A DNA stretch of 64,000 nt from Macrostomum lignano (lineage: Eukaryota). Both the position numbers and the translations under genes were made by a program. The DNA lies in NCBI GenBank assembly GCA_002269645.1, contig NIVC01000216.1:56806-120805 (forward strand), given 5' to 3'. The notes below the pieces were generated by a model. That model searched no databases. It was not told the origin of the DNA and was given only the letters and a program-made list of their open reading frames with translations. Shown one piece after another: positions 36,378-50,049 of this stretch; the first letter of the stretch is position 1, and every line of letters starts with the position of its first letter.

Positions 36378-38175
36378 AGTGTCTTAGGGGCGACATTTCA
36401 GTGTCTTAGAGGCGCCATTGCAGTGTTGTAGAGGCGCTACTGGGGTACCTCTCATTTCGCCGATTCATTCTCGTTTCGCCGATTCTCGTTTCGCCGAATC
36501 TTATTTCGCCGATTCTCGGTTCGCCGACATTCTCATTTCGCCGATTCTCATTTCGCCGACATTCTCATTTCGCCGATTCTCGGTTCGCCGAAATTAGTTT
36601 CATAACCATCTGGACATTAGACCATAGCCCGTAAGCCCAAATGGGCTGCAAAAAGCTATATTACCAATACAATACTTTATTTTTTCAAGCCATAGACATC
36701 TAAATCACACTTGCATTAGTGTAGTTGTCTATGGTCTAATGTACAGATGGTTATGAAACTAATTTCGGCGAACCGAGAATCGGCGAAATGAGAATGTCGG
36801 CGAAACGAGAATCGGCGAAATGAGAATGTCGGCGAACCGAGAATCGGCGAAATGAGAATGTCGGCGAACCGAGAATCGGCGAAATGAGAATGTCGGCGAA
36901 ACGAGAATCGGCGAAATGAGAATGTCGGCGAAACGAGAATCGGCGAAACGAGAATCGGCGAAATGAGAGGTACCCGCGCTACTGCAGTGTCTTAGAGGCG
37001 CCATTTCAGTATCTTAGAGGCGACATTTCAGTGTCTTAGAGGCGCCATTTCAGTGTCTTAGAGGAGCCATTGCAGTGTCTTAGGGGCGACATTTCAGTGT
37101 CTTAGAAGCGCCATTTCAGTGTCTTAGAGGCGCCATTTCAGTGTCTTAGAGGCGCCATTTCAGTGTCTTAGAGGCTCCATTTCAGTGTCTTAGAGGCGCC
37201 ATTTCAGTGTATTAGAGGCGCCATTTCAGTGTCTTAGAGGCGCCATTTCAGTGTCTTAGAGGCGCCATTTCAGTGTCTTAGAGGCGCCATTTCAGTGTCC
37301 TAGAGAAGCCATTGCAGTGTCTTAGGGGCGACATTTCAGTGTCTTAGAGGCGCCATTTCAGTGTCTTAGAGGCGCCATTGCAGTATCTTAGAGGCGCCAT
37401 TGCAGTGTCTTAGAGGCGCCATTTCAGTGTCTTAGAGGCGCCATTTCAGTGTCCTAGAGGCGCCATTGCAGTGTCTTAGAGGCGCCATTTCAGTGTCCTA
37501 GAGAAGCCATTGCAGTGTCTTAGGGGCGACATTTCAGTGTCTTAGAGGCGCCATTTCAGTATCTTAGAGGCGACATTTCAGTGTCTTAGAGGCGCCATTT
37601 CAGTGTCTTAGAGGAGCCATTGCAGTGTCTTAGGGGCGACATTTCAGTGTCTTAGAAGCGCCATTTCAGTGTCTTAGAGGCGCCATTTCAGTGTCTTAGA
37701 GGCGCCATTTCAGTGTCTTAGAGGCGCCATTTCAGTGTCTTAGAGGCGCCATTTCAGTGTCTTAGAGGCGCCATTTCAGTGTCTTAGAGGCGCCATTTCA
37801 GTGTCTTAGAGGCGCCATTTCAGTGTCTTAGAGGCGCCATTTCAGTGTCCTAGAGGCGCCATTGCAGTGTCTTAGAGGCGCCATTTCAGTGTCCTAGAGA
37901 AGCCATTGCAGTGTCTTAGGGGCGACATTTCAGTGTCTTAGAGGCGCCATTTCAGTGTCTTAGAGGCGCCATTGCAGTATCTTAGAGGCGCCATTGCAGT
38001 GTCTTAGAGGCGCCATTGCAGTATCTTAGAGGCACCATTGCAGTGTCTTAGAGGCGCCATTGCAGTATCTTAGAGGCGCCATTGCAGTATCTTAGAGGCG
38101 CCATTTCAGTGTCTTAGAGGCGCCATTGCAGTATCTTAGAGGCGCCATTGCGGTGTCTTAGAGGCGCCATTGCAG
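36378..38175. repeat. 22-bp minisatellite CAGTGTCTTAGAGGCGCCATTT
   Basis: Long tandem array interrupted by a MITE. Confidence 0.97.
36443..36975. mobile_element. 533-bp foldback MITE, 9-bp TSD (Mutator-like)
   Basis: Perfect terminal GGGTACCTCTCATTTCGCCGATT / AATCGGCGAAATGAGAGGTACCC, subterminal tandem repeats, an internal inverted block, and TSD GCGCTACTG at 36434-36442 and 36976-36984. Confidence 0.92.
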
Positions 38176-38699
38176 GATCATAGAGGCGCCACTCAAGCAT
38201 AAAAAAGCGCGCAACCTATTTCAGCAAATTTGGCTAGCAACGTGAACGTCAACTACTAAAAATTATAATTTACTAAACTACCGTAATCTGAAACAGCTGA
38301 ACAGCAGTATTTCGTTCTATGATATATTACCCATGCATAGTCTGGTCTGGTATGTTGGCAGCACCTGCAGCGTCCTGCAAGCAATGGCATCCATGAATGC
38401 CATGCAGCGTTAGCCAAACGTCAAAGTCAATTTACTCTGTATCTATTTCATTTTGAGTGGCCCTGCGGTGAAGCTCTGTTTGGTTGAAGCCAATCCTCTC
38501 ATTTATTATAGAAGAAAGTTACTTTGCTATTTTTCCCTCTGTTGCCATGTCCATAATGGTTTTCTATGTGATTTTTAAGCTAAAAAATTAAGTAAGGAAG
38601 CTCTTTTCAGTAAAATATTACTGTATCAAATTTATGAATTCTGACATCCTGTATTGAACACGAACACTCATGGATATCAAAAGCTTGCCACCGAAAGTT

Positions 38700-40125
38700 T
38701 CTCCAGTGTGTGGATCTAGTGTCTCCAGGGTGTGGATCTAGTGTCTCGAGTGTGTGGATCTAGTGTCTCCAGTTTGGGGATCTAGTGTCTCCAGGGTATG
38801 GATCTAGTGTCTCCAGGGTGTGGATCTAGTGTCTCCAGGGTGTGGATCTAGTGTCTCCAGGGTGGATCTAGTGTCTCCTGTGTGTGGATCTACAGTGTCT
38901 CCGGTGTGTGGATCTAGTGTCTCCAGGGTGTGGATCTAGTGTCTCCAGGGTGGATCTAGTGTCTCCAGGGTGGATCTAGTGTCTCCAGGGTGGATCTAGT
39001 GTCTCCAGGGTGGATCTAGTGTCTCCTGTGTGTGGATCTACAGTGTCTCCGGTGTGTGGATCTAGTGTCTCCAGTGTGTGGATCTAGTGTCTCCAGGGTG
39101 GATCTAGTGTCTCCAGGGTGTGGATCTAGTGTCTACAGGGTGGATCTAGTGTCTCCAGGGTGGATCTAGTGTCTCCGGTGTGTGGATCTAGTGTCTCCAG
39201 GGTGTGGATCTAGTGTCTCCAGGGTGGATCTAGTGTCTCCAGGGTGTGGATCTAGTGTCTCCAGTGTGTGGATCTAGTGTCTCCTGTGTGTGGATCTAGT
39301 GTCTCCAGGGTGGATCTAGTGTCTCCAGTGTGTGGATCTAGTGTCTCCAGGGTGTGGATCTAGTGTCTCCAGTGTGTGGATCTAGTGTCTCCAGGGTGTG
39401 GATCTAGTGTCTCCAGGGTGGATCTAGTGTCTCCAGTGTGTGGATCTAGTGTCTCCATTGTGTGGATCTAGTGTCTCCAGTGTGTGGATCTAGTGTCTCC
39501 AGTGTGTGGATCTAGTGTCTCCAGGGTGTGGATCTAGTGTCTCCAGTGGGTGGATCTAGTGTCTCCAGTGTGTTGATCTAGTGTCTCCGGGTGTGGATCT
39601 AGTGTCTCCAGTGTGTTGATCTAGTGTCTCCGGGTGTGGATCTAGTGTCTCCAGGGTGGATCTAGTGTCTCCGGGTGTGGATCTAGCTCGTACAGTGTCT
39701 CCAGTGTGTGGATCTAGTGTCTCCATTGTGTGGATCTAGTGTCTCCAGTGTGTGGATCTAGTGTCTCCAGTGTGTGGATCTGGTGTCTCCAGTGGGTGGA
39801 TCTAGTGTCTCCAGTGTGTTGATCTAGTGTCTCCGGGTGTGGATCTAGTGTCTCCAGTGTGTTGATCTAGTGTCTCCGGGTGTGGATCTAGTGTCTCCAG
39901 TGTGTGGATCTAGTGTCTCCAGTGTGTTGATCTAGTGTCTCCGGGTGTGGATCTTGTGTCTCCAGTGTGTTGATCTAGTGTCTCCGGGTGTGGATCTAGT
40001 GTCTCCAGGGTGGATCTAGTGTCTCCGGGTGTGGATCTAGCTCGTACAGTGTCTCCAGTGTGTGGATCTAGTGTCTCCATTGTGTGGATCTAGTGTCTCC
40101 ATTGTGTGGATCTAGTGTCTCCAGT
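38700..40125. repeat. 20-22 bp minisatellite (GTGTGGATCTAGTGTCTCCAG)
   Basis: Direct tandem repeat. Confidence 0.97.
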
Positions 40126-40689
40126 TTGTGAATTTACAGTCTTTCCTTCAACCTGCGCCTGCAGCGTATATCACACACTATATTGGTGAACCTATTCACC
40201 TGACGCATCATCTAAGCGCGACCGTCTGTATATCACCCTTTAGAGGTGAATTTCTGGCTACGAAGGTACGAGCTATGTCAGATCATGAGATTAAATCAGA
40301 ACTCATGCCAGACAGACGCGGTGCAAATGCACGCGTTTAAGGCTTGCTTTTAAGTGCGGAGCAGACATGACGAAATGCTGCATGGATAGAGTTTTGTCAC
40401 TGGGAATGGTGGCAATGTACTTATACCGCTGTTGCAGTACGCGCCAGGGCTAACCCCGACAGACATGCAGATATGAGTCACCGCAAGTCAGTATTATAGC
40501 TAACCCGAGTCCTTTTGCAACCGCCCCAAAACTCCTCTCTGAGGCTGAGGCTGAGGCTTTTTCCTCTCAGTAGGCAACGAATTCAGACCTGGATATATTC
40601 CTCACTTTATCAAATAAATCTCGAGAGAGTGTACCCATGAAGACTTTACCTCGAGAATGTATCCATGGATACTTCACCTCGGGAATGTA

Positions 40690-41755
40690 CCCATGAATTA
40701 GACTGCACCTTCAGAATGAATGTACCCATAGAGACTTCATCTTCAGAATGTACTCATTAGAGACTTCACCTTCAGAATGTATTCATTAGAGACTTCACCT
40801 TCAGAATGTACCCATAGATACTTCACCTTCAGAATGTATTCATTAGAGACTTCACCTTCAGAATGTACCCATAGAGACTTCATCTTCAGAATGTACCCAA
40901 AGATACTTCACCTTCAGAATGTACCCATAGAGACTTCACCTTCAGAATGTATTCATTAGAGACTTCACCTTCAGAATGTACCCATAGAAACTTCACCTTC
41001 AGAATGTAAGCATAGAGACTTCACCTTCAGAATGTACCCATAGATACTTCACCTTCAGAATGTACCCATAGAGACTTCACCTTCAGAATGTACCCATAGA
41101 TACTTCACCTTCAGAATGTATTCATTAGAGACTTCACCTTCAGAATGTACCCATAGAGACTTCACCTTCAGAATGTACCCATAGAGACTTCACCTTCAGA
41201 ATGTACCCATAGATACTTCACCTTCAGAATGTACCCATAGATACTTCACCTTCAGAATGTACCCATAGAGACTTCACCTTCAGAATGTACCCATAGATAC
41301 TTCACCTTCAGAATGTACCCATAGATACTTCACCTTCAGAATGTACCCATAGATACTTCACCTTCAGAATGTACCCATAGAGACTTCACCTTCAGAATGT
41401 ACCCATAGATACTTCACCTTCAGAATTTATTCATTAGAGACTTCACCTTCAGAATGTACCCATAGAAACTTCACCTTCAGAATGTACCCATAGAGACTTC
41501 ACCTTCAGAATGTACCCATAGAAACTTCACCTTCAGAATGTACCCATAGAGACTTCACCTTCAGAATGTACCCATAGAGACTTCACCTTCAGAATGTACC
41601 CATAGAGACTTCATCTTCAGAATGTACCCATAGAGACTTCACCTTCAGAATGTACCCATAGAGACTTCACCTTCAGAATGTACCCATAGAGACTTCATCT
41701 TCAGAATGTACCCATAGAGACTTCACCTTCAGAATGTACCCATAGAGACTTTACC
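40690..41755. repeat. 28-bp minisatellite GACTTCACCTTCAGAATGTACCCATAGA
   Basis: Direct tandem repeat. Confidence 0.97.
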
Positions 41756-43409
41756 TCAAGAATGTACAAGTAGACTTCTCGTCAAGAATTTACTAAAAAA
41801 GTCTTCACCTCAAGATTTACCTCGAGAACGTACCCTTGGAGAACTACCATTCACATAGAGAACAAACTCAAGGAGAATCGATAATGTGCTTTGAAATACC
41901 TAATTAAGTTGACTACTTTGTCCGAAAATCAATGTTCAATAAGCGGATCATTCAACTAATACAATCATCAAATTGTCTCATTCGACTCTCGTTGCGTAAA
42001 AATTTCGACCCAAACAGCTCTAATAGTACGTTCGAGTCTCAAAAAAACTTGAGCTGCTTACAGCCGAAGCGCTGTACATCGGCAGTGCAGAGAGGCGTCA
42101 CGTGGTTTCCGCCGCTCGCCCCACACAGCTTGCACGGTGAATTCAATTGTCCCTGCCGCGACAACTATACGAGCTATTAATAGTATAACTGTCTATCCGA
42201 AAAATCAGGGAATCATAATGCGCTATTCGCTCTACTACGAAGTAGTATGATACAAGGAAAACGGTCGATATTTTTATTGTCAAGTATAATTATTGCCACG
42301 CGGGGGGGGGGGAAGAGTCGCACTGGTCTGAATATTTTAGAGGCATTTTTTTAGCGCCTGACTTGTCTGCCCACGTCGTCTCGTTGTGTTGGCACTCAAT
42401 TCAAACCGTTGAGGTTCGCCACACAGGGAATCGAACCCACGGGGGATCTTTGGAGCGAGATGAGGACGCTTTGTACGCTTGCAACTTGCAAACATTCGGG
42501 TAAAGTTCAAGATGTCTTGGGCACAGATACTATAAACATATATATATAGTATAGTATCTATAGTATAGTGTTTTTAGTATCTGTGGTCTTGGGAGCCCTT
42601 TCAGGAGCGAGTTTTCCCCCAGTCGTTTCGGATATTCGGGGTTCGGATATCCCCAGATCAACAGCAGAGTTCCTTGCCAGGAAGATCGCATGAACGGATC
42701 TCTTAAAGTGTTTGTTGTTGTATTGAAAGCAGCCTGCAGCGAATGACGGGTCCATTTGTAGAGGAGAGATGGGGAGCAGGCTGTGAAACAAGCAGGGAGG
42801 AAGAGAGCTAACCAGCGAGGAAATAAGGGGAGTGGGAAGGAAATGTGTCAAGGGGAGTTTCGTCCCTTTGGGACCAAGCAGTTGGGCGGAGCTGCTGCTG
42901 CTGCTGGCTTGTGCTCACGGGTCGCCGCCTCCAATATACACAGTGAAGAAAGAAGCATTAGCAAGAGCTCACAGAAACGCATAGACTGAACATCTTTGTT
43001 TTTTTTTCCTTGCCTTTTGTAAGCAAAATTTCTAAAACTTAAAAATTCACTTTAACCAGGATTCAATCATTACTGAATCCAACTGCAAAGCTTTGTACGA
43101 GTAGAAGAGGCTAGCGGCGCTGTAATGTCCTGCTCCTGCGGAATCAACACCCTGCCCAGGGCGAGTCGACGCGCATCGTACATCCCGCTGGCCCAGGCGA
43201 TGCCGGTGTCAACAACTGGAGAGACTAACTGCTCAACAATGCAGCAGAGGCTGAGAGCTTCATCGTCGCTGACCGGCGATACTTGTACTGAATTGTTCTG
43301 GCCGCCTGCTGGAGTCGAAAGGAACACGGTTGGTTTTTTGCAACTGAGCCTGTTCGAGAAACTGGGAAAATGGCTAATGCCTTAATTGAGGGTGCTTACT
43401 GGTTGGGGA

Positions 43410-43720
43410 GTGAGATGGCTGTCTTATTGAAGGCTGTGGCAGGCTAGGGAGTGAGGCGGCTGTCTTATTGGGGCTGTGGCAGGCTAGGTAGTGAGGTGGT
43501 TGTCTTATTGGGACTGTGGCAGGCTAGGGAGTGAGGCGGCTGTCTTATTGGGGCTGTGACAGGCTAGGGAGTGAGGCGGCTGTCTTATTGGGCTGTGGCA
43601 GGCTAGGGAGTGAGGCGGCTGTCTTATTGGGGCTGTGGCAGGCTAGGGAGTGAGGCGGCTGTCCGATTGAGGGCTGTGGCTGAGGGCTGTGGGGAGTGAG
43701 CTGGCTGTCTTAGTAAGGGG
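43410..43720. repeat. ~40-bp minisatellite (GGCTGTGGCAGGCTAGGGAGTGAGGCGGCTGTCTTATTGG)
   Basis: About 6-7 copies. Confidence 0.9.
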
Positions 43721-43984
43721 AAGGTTAGAAATAAGGTGGCTGCCTAACAAAAAATTGGTTATACGTATCCATCGATAAGCAATGATTAATCCATCGATTT
43801 TTTAGCTGCCATCTCTCACGTGCGGCCAGTCTAACGCGCCCATTGCTCGGCGCAATCAGGCTTGGCTTGCTAGTAGCAGCGGGTCACTTGCTGCGACAGA
43901 AAACTGGGCGGCTGCAGCCTCTGGATTTGGGGTGAGATTGGGCTGATGAGAACAATAGTCTCCCAATCCCGATACCTTCAGTTC

Positions 43985-44935
43985 TTCAGTCTCGATATCC
44001 CCAGTCTCTCAGTCCGGATATTCCTAGTCTCTCAGTCCGGATATCCCCAGTCCCTCAGTCCGGATATCCCCAGTCTTTCAGTCCGGATATCCCCAGTCCC
44101 TCAGTCCGGATATCCCCAGTCTTTCAGTCCGGATATCCCCAGTCTCTCTGTCCGGGTATCCCCAGTCTGTCAGTCCGGATATCCCTAGTCTCTCAGTCCG
44201 GATATCCCCAGTCTCTCAGTCCGGATATCCCCAGTCTCTCTGTCCGGATATCCTCAGTCTCTCAGTCCGGATATTCCCAGTCTCTCTGTCCGGATATCTC
44301 CAGTCTCTCAGTCCGGAAATCCCTAGTCTTTCAGTCCGGAAATCCCCAGTCCCTCAGTCCGGATATCCTCAGTCTCTCAGTCCGGATATCCCCAGTCTCT
44401 CAGTCCGGAGATCCCCAGTCCCCCAGTCCGGATATCCTCAGTCTCTCAATCCGGATATCCTCAGTCTCTCAGTCCGGATATCCCCAGTCTCTCAGTCCGG
44501 ATATCCCCAGTCCCCCAGTCCGGATATCCTCAATCTCTCAGTCCGGATATCCGCAGTCTCTCAGTCCGGATATCCCCAGTCCCCCAGTCCGGATATCCTC
44601 AGTCTTTCAATCCGGATATCCTCAGTCTCTCAGTCCGGATATCCGCAGTCTCTCAGTCCGGATATCCCCAGTCCCCCAGTCCCGATATCCTCAGTCTCTC
44701 AGTCCGGATATCCCCAGTCCCCCAGTCCGGATATCCTCAGTCTCTCAGTCCGGATATCCCCAGTCTCTCAGTCCGGATATCCTCACTCTCTCAGTCCGGA
44801 TATCCTCAGTCTCTCAGTCCGGATATCCTCACTCTCTCAGTCCGGATATCCTCAGTCTCTCAGTCCGGATATCCTCACTCTCTCAGTCCGGATATCCTCA
44901 GTCTCTCAGTCCGGATATCCCCAGTCTCTCTGTCC
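43985..44935. repeat. 23-bp minisatellite (ATCCCCAGTCTCTCAGTCCGGAT)
   Basis: Direct tandem repeat. Confidence 0.96.
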
Positions 44936-45664
44936 CACAATCCCCATTCGGTTTCTTTCACAAAATTCTCGCTATAATAGACGTGTTGCTGAAAACACTA
45001 GAGAAAGATTTACAACAGATTCCTTTGTGAGCTGTCTGCCTTCCACGAGTTATCCTGTGCTACATACACTGCGCTACAGAACTTGTATCAAAATAAGTAA
45101 CCACGCCATCATGTAAAGCAACTTTCTTACGAGCAGGCGAGCAAGCCAAAATAAAACCGTGGCTGAAACTTTGCTTCTTTTATCCTGACTTGTAAGCTAC
45201 TTTGCTTGCCGCTCTCATTTCCTTGTGTATGAAAAAGGCGAGCCCAACCCCGTGTCAAGTCGTGTCAAGTCAAACCCTCGGGGATTCGGGGGCCAGCGGG
45301 CCAGCATGGGTGATGGAAGGCCGACCAGATTTTGCCCAATTAATTAGGGATTTTCGTCGGACTCGACCTCTCGGCTGGAGAAAAGAAAACTGGGCGATTC
45401 CCCGTCAGTCGCTTTGCTGCAAAGCTCGGGTAGCTCAGGCGGAGATTAGAGATGCGTGTTTACTAATAATAAGATCGAACGCAGCAAGGGTGCAGGCTGG
45501 TTCTGGTAGAGTTTAATACGACCGTAAAACTCTTACGATGTCAATTTTTTCACCAAACCTGAATCTACACGAATCTTCAGGAAACGGTAGAATTTCCACG
45601 AACACGCCTTTTAAGAAACGCTCAGAATCCCAAAAACGAATAGCATAGTTCCCAAACCAGAATC

Positions 45665-45905
45665 TAAACCAAGCCCGAATCTTCACAAACCCGAATCTTC
45701 ACAATTCAGAATCTTTACAAACCCGAATCTTTACAAACCCGAATCTTCACAAACCCGAATCTTCACAAACCCGAATCTTCACAAACCCGAATCTTCACAA
45801 ACCCGAATCTTCACAAACCCGAATCTTTGCGAACCGAAGCTTCACAAGCCCGAATCTTCATAAATCAGAATCTTCACAAACCTGAAACTTTACAGACCCG
45901 AATCC
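45665..45905. repeat. 16-bp minisatellite AAACCCGAATCTTCAC
   Basis: Direct tandem repeat. Confidence 0.9.
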
Positions 45906-46360
45906 TAACCTACTCGAATCTCTCTACTCTCTCTTCGTCCCTCTACCCTCTTGCTACCATCTCTTTACCCTCTCTAAAATCTATCTCTCCTGCCTTTTCT
46001 CTAGCCTCTTTACCTAATTCCTATCTCCCCCTCGTACCTTTACCAGTGATATTATCCCTTAAATTTTCTCTCCCGAATTCAGGAGACATAGGGAAATCTG
46101 CAAAACTGAATTCCTTATTCTCTCAAGGTTTAAAAGTACAGCGCGGGGTGTAAAACTGAGGGGCCCGCAACGCGACAGTTAAGCAACCGGCGCACTACAG
46201 TATTAAGTTTCTTTCCGAGCTGTTGGGATGGGGGCACGGTTCATACCGGATTGCGCGTCTCGTCTGGTGGAGTTTGAGAGGATTAGGGATGAGCACAGCG
46301 GCTGTGGCGGGTTGCTCAACCTTGCTTACTTTAAATAAGGCTTTGGGAATGTGTCAACTT

Positions 46361-47018
<658 letters not shown>

Positions 47019-47439
47019 AATGTCGCGGATCCTACCTGAGTCCCGCAGCCCCATTACATACTAACATTCTATTCCAACAATAGTTGGCAGCCATCCATTC
47101 ATCAGCAGAGTTTGCGTAACGGTAGCATTTTGCCCCTTGTGGAAGGGAAACACTTAAAGAACTTTTGAATTCAGCAGCAGCCGGCAGAAGCAGCTAGAGA
47201 TTGCCAGAGCAGGAAAATCCTTGTCGGAGAGAGCCAAGCAAGGGCTCAGACTCCTAATTTGTCATTTTGGCGTGCTTGAATGGCGCCAGGTGCTGCAGAG
47301 CAACTCTGAATGAATAATCAGCCTCTTCTTGCAGGATGAGCTGCGTCCGATAAGAGGGTGCAGACGCAATCCTAAGTGGAGGAGGAGCGGTGGGAGGGTT
47401 TGGCCCAGGGCGCCAAGCGCACCATTGTCTTCTTGGCTT

Positions 47440-47570
47440 TTCAATTGTCTGCTTTTCCACCGTCTCACCGCTTGGGAGCGAAGGGCGGGGCAGGCGGACG
47501 CTGAATTGGCCTGAGCTGTCAGTCTGAGCTGGCACACGCCAATCAAGAAGGGGGGGCTGGACTTTAAGCG
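47440..47570 (+). promoter_or_regulatory. Putative promoter (GC box, CCAAT) of the neprilysin-like gene
   Basis: GGGCGGGGC at ~47484 and CCAAT at ~47539, about 430-480 bp upstream of the ATG at 47966. Confidence 0.35.
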
Positions 47571-47577
47571 GCTGTAG

Positions 47578-47955
47578 GTGCTGTGACCCCAGCTCACTCC
47601 AATCCGATCGGTGCTGACCCCAGCTCACTCCACTCCGATCGGTGCTGTGACCCCAGCTCACTCCACTCCGATTGGTGCTGTGACCCCAGCTCACTCCACT
47701 CCGATCGGTGCTGACCCCAGCTCACTCCACTCCGATCGGTGCTGTGACCCCAGCTCACTCCACTCCGATTGGTGCTGTGACCCCAGCTCACTCCACTCCG
47801 ATCGGTGCTGTGACCCCAGCTCACTCCACTCCGATTGGTGCTGTGACCCCAGCTCACTCCACTCCGATCGGTGCTGTGACCCCAGCTCACTCCAATCCGA
47901 TCGGTGCTGTGACCCCAGCTCACTCCACTCCGATCGGTGCTGTGACCTCAGCTCA
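47578..47955. repeat. 33-bp minisatellite (GTGCTGTGACCCCAGCTCACTCCACTCCGATCG)
   Basis: About 11 copies immediately upstream of the ATG. Confidence 0.95.
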
Positions 47956-47965
47956 CGGCAACCCA

Positions 47966-50049
47966 ATGGTGCACTCGCTGAACCCACAGACGCAAGCCCG
48001 GAACTTCCCTCCAGTACCTCTCGGACTTCGTCGCCAGTTTGGCACCTCGCCAGCCATCGCATCCTTGGCGACGACCTCTGGCAGCATGACAACGGCCGCT
48101 ACGTCGCTTCGAGGACCAGACGAGCGTCTACTGATACCGTCGCTGACTGCCGAGAGGCAACGTCAAGCGCGTCTGCAACGTGGCACCAACGCTCCTAGTA
48201 ACGATGAGGAGTGCTGGCCTCTTCTGGCAGTCAGCTTGACGCTTTGTGCCGTCTCCCTGCTGCTGCTGGCCATCGGAGGCCTTTTTCTTGGCGTCCACCT
48301 TCGACAGCGATCTCGCGGGTCCCCACCTTCTCCAAACGAATCAACCATCTCGCCAGAAGCGGCGGCTGCAGCGGCGGCGGAGGCTGAAACAGCTGATTCA
48401 TCAACTGCGGTCACTTGGCAGCCGGCATCGACAAGCCAACCCCCTGGATCGACATCAGCTGACATCAAGGATTCGTACAGTAGAAAATTCGAATACGGCT
48501 TTGACTATGACGCCATGGGAGCGAGGATTCGAGCTCTAATAGACAGGCGCGTCAGGCCTTGCGACAATTTTCATAATTTCGCGTGCGGTCGCCTCGGTGA
48601 GTACCTGGACGACTCTGCCGACCGATTTCAGCTGCCACGGGCCAGCGACCTGCTCCAGCTGGCCGGAGTTCGGCTTCGTTCCGAGGTAAAGATTGCCATG
48701 GAAACCGGCGCCGCGCCGCCGAGTCTGATGACGGCTTATCAACGCTGCATAATCTCTGGCAGCTCAACTGGCGCCTGCTTGCGCGCCCTGATCTGGTCAA
48801 CGCCGGAAGCGGTCAAGTCATTGACGCAAGCTCACCAGCTCAATGTGACCGCGCTCCATATGTCGTTGTCAGATCTGTTCGCCAGGTGAGTGAGAACGGC
48901 AGCTACCTCTGTAGCAACAGCTCCTATAACCTGACGCTGCACAACTCACTTAATTCACTTCCTTGGGCCATCCTAATTCCAACAAGTTTGTACTTAATCA
49001 TGGAGCGAGGATGGAGGAACGGTAAGGCGTCCTTATCCTCGCACCAAAGCTCTAGGGCTTGGTTCTGACTCTGTCAAAGCATAAGGCTAGAAAACCAAAC
49101 AAGAGCATGCCATCAACTGAATGTCACGAGCCACGAGTCATCAAACTGAAACAACCTACCTCCAGCTCCCCAGCCCCCAAGCCCTCAGCAATTCACCCGA
49201 CTCATTTTTTTATGCTGCCGCAAAACATGCAGAGTAGTTTCGGAGCTCCGCAACCTGGTCGCCGCTTCACCCTCGCTGACCGGCCACACCCGCCGCTGGA
49301 TGGACTCGCGCCTATCCCGCCTCTACCTGTACGTGGACTCTGTCGGCAATGGCGGCGCAGCGCCCGCGCCTCTGTCCGCCAGAATTTTATTCGCCCTCAG
49401 AGGCGCAAGCGCAGACGAAAGCATCAGCAACGACACTCATAGCCGATGTCGCACCGAGTCCTGCAGAACCAGCTCGCCAGACTGGTCGTTCGGCTCTGCG
49501 TGCATCTGCCTGAGCAATTCCAGCGAAGCGGACATCGCCGTGTCCCTGTCCGCCCTCCGGCCGGAGCTCTACTCGCCAGGCCTGCCGTCGTCTTTGGCGC
49601 ACGCCTTCATGGGCGCCAGGCTGGCCGAGGCGGCGTTCGGCGCCGTCGGGCCCGCGCACCGGCGCCGGTACTACTCTACGGAGAGCGAGGCGCGCGCCTC
49701 GGCCGCCGTCGGCTGTCTCAACCGGCAACTCCGGCTGCCATCGGGTGGCCGATCGTTGACCAGGAGCGTCGCCAGCCTCGCCGGCCTGAGAGCGGCGCTG
49801 GCGGCTTTTCTGCGGCCAGATGGTGGCCGCCGCCAGGCTGAGCCAATAGAGCTGGCCGAGTTCTTCATCAACTGGGCGCAGACTCAGTGCTCGCTGACTG
49901 ACGCCTCCGCAGTAGAGAAGTTGATCAACTGGGCTGTCGTCGAATCGTCCGATTTGGCAGCTGACGCGTTTGCGAGAGCTTTCAACTGCAGCAGTGAGGA
50001 CGCTATGACGCCTGCGGCTGGTCGGGAAGAGCTTTGCCGATTTCCCTGA
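47966..50049 (+). CDS. Neprilysin (peptidase M13)-like type II membrane protein, catalytically inactive, ~578 aa
   Basis: Join 47966-48885 (AG|GTGAGT) with 49233-50049 (ATGCAG|A), in phase. Has a TM segment, IDRRVRPCDNFHNFACG, FFINWAQTQC and FARAFNC. HExxH reads AEAAF and ENxAD reads RSVAS. Confidence 0.8.

Noticed and set aside
42411-42490. Minus-strand tRNA-like segment (GGTTCGATTCC B box, possible CCA anticodon)
   Set aside because: No convincing acceptor or D stem and an irregular anticodon arm. At most a SINE or tRNA fragment, not callable as a tRNA.
43240-43310. Minus-strand AARTIQYKYRR IQ-like motif after an AG acceptor
   Set aside because: Short isolated match followed by an early stop, with no supporting exons identified.
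43943-43975. CTGATGAG...CTC as a hammerhead ribozyme core
   Set aside because: The required GAAA after stem II is missing and stems I and III were not found.
47254-47694. Minus-strand ORF 47254-47694
   Set aside because: It begins in a minisatellite, overlaps the promoter-like region of the plus-strand gene, and has no recognisable domain.
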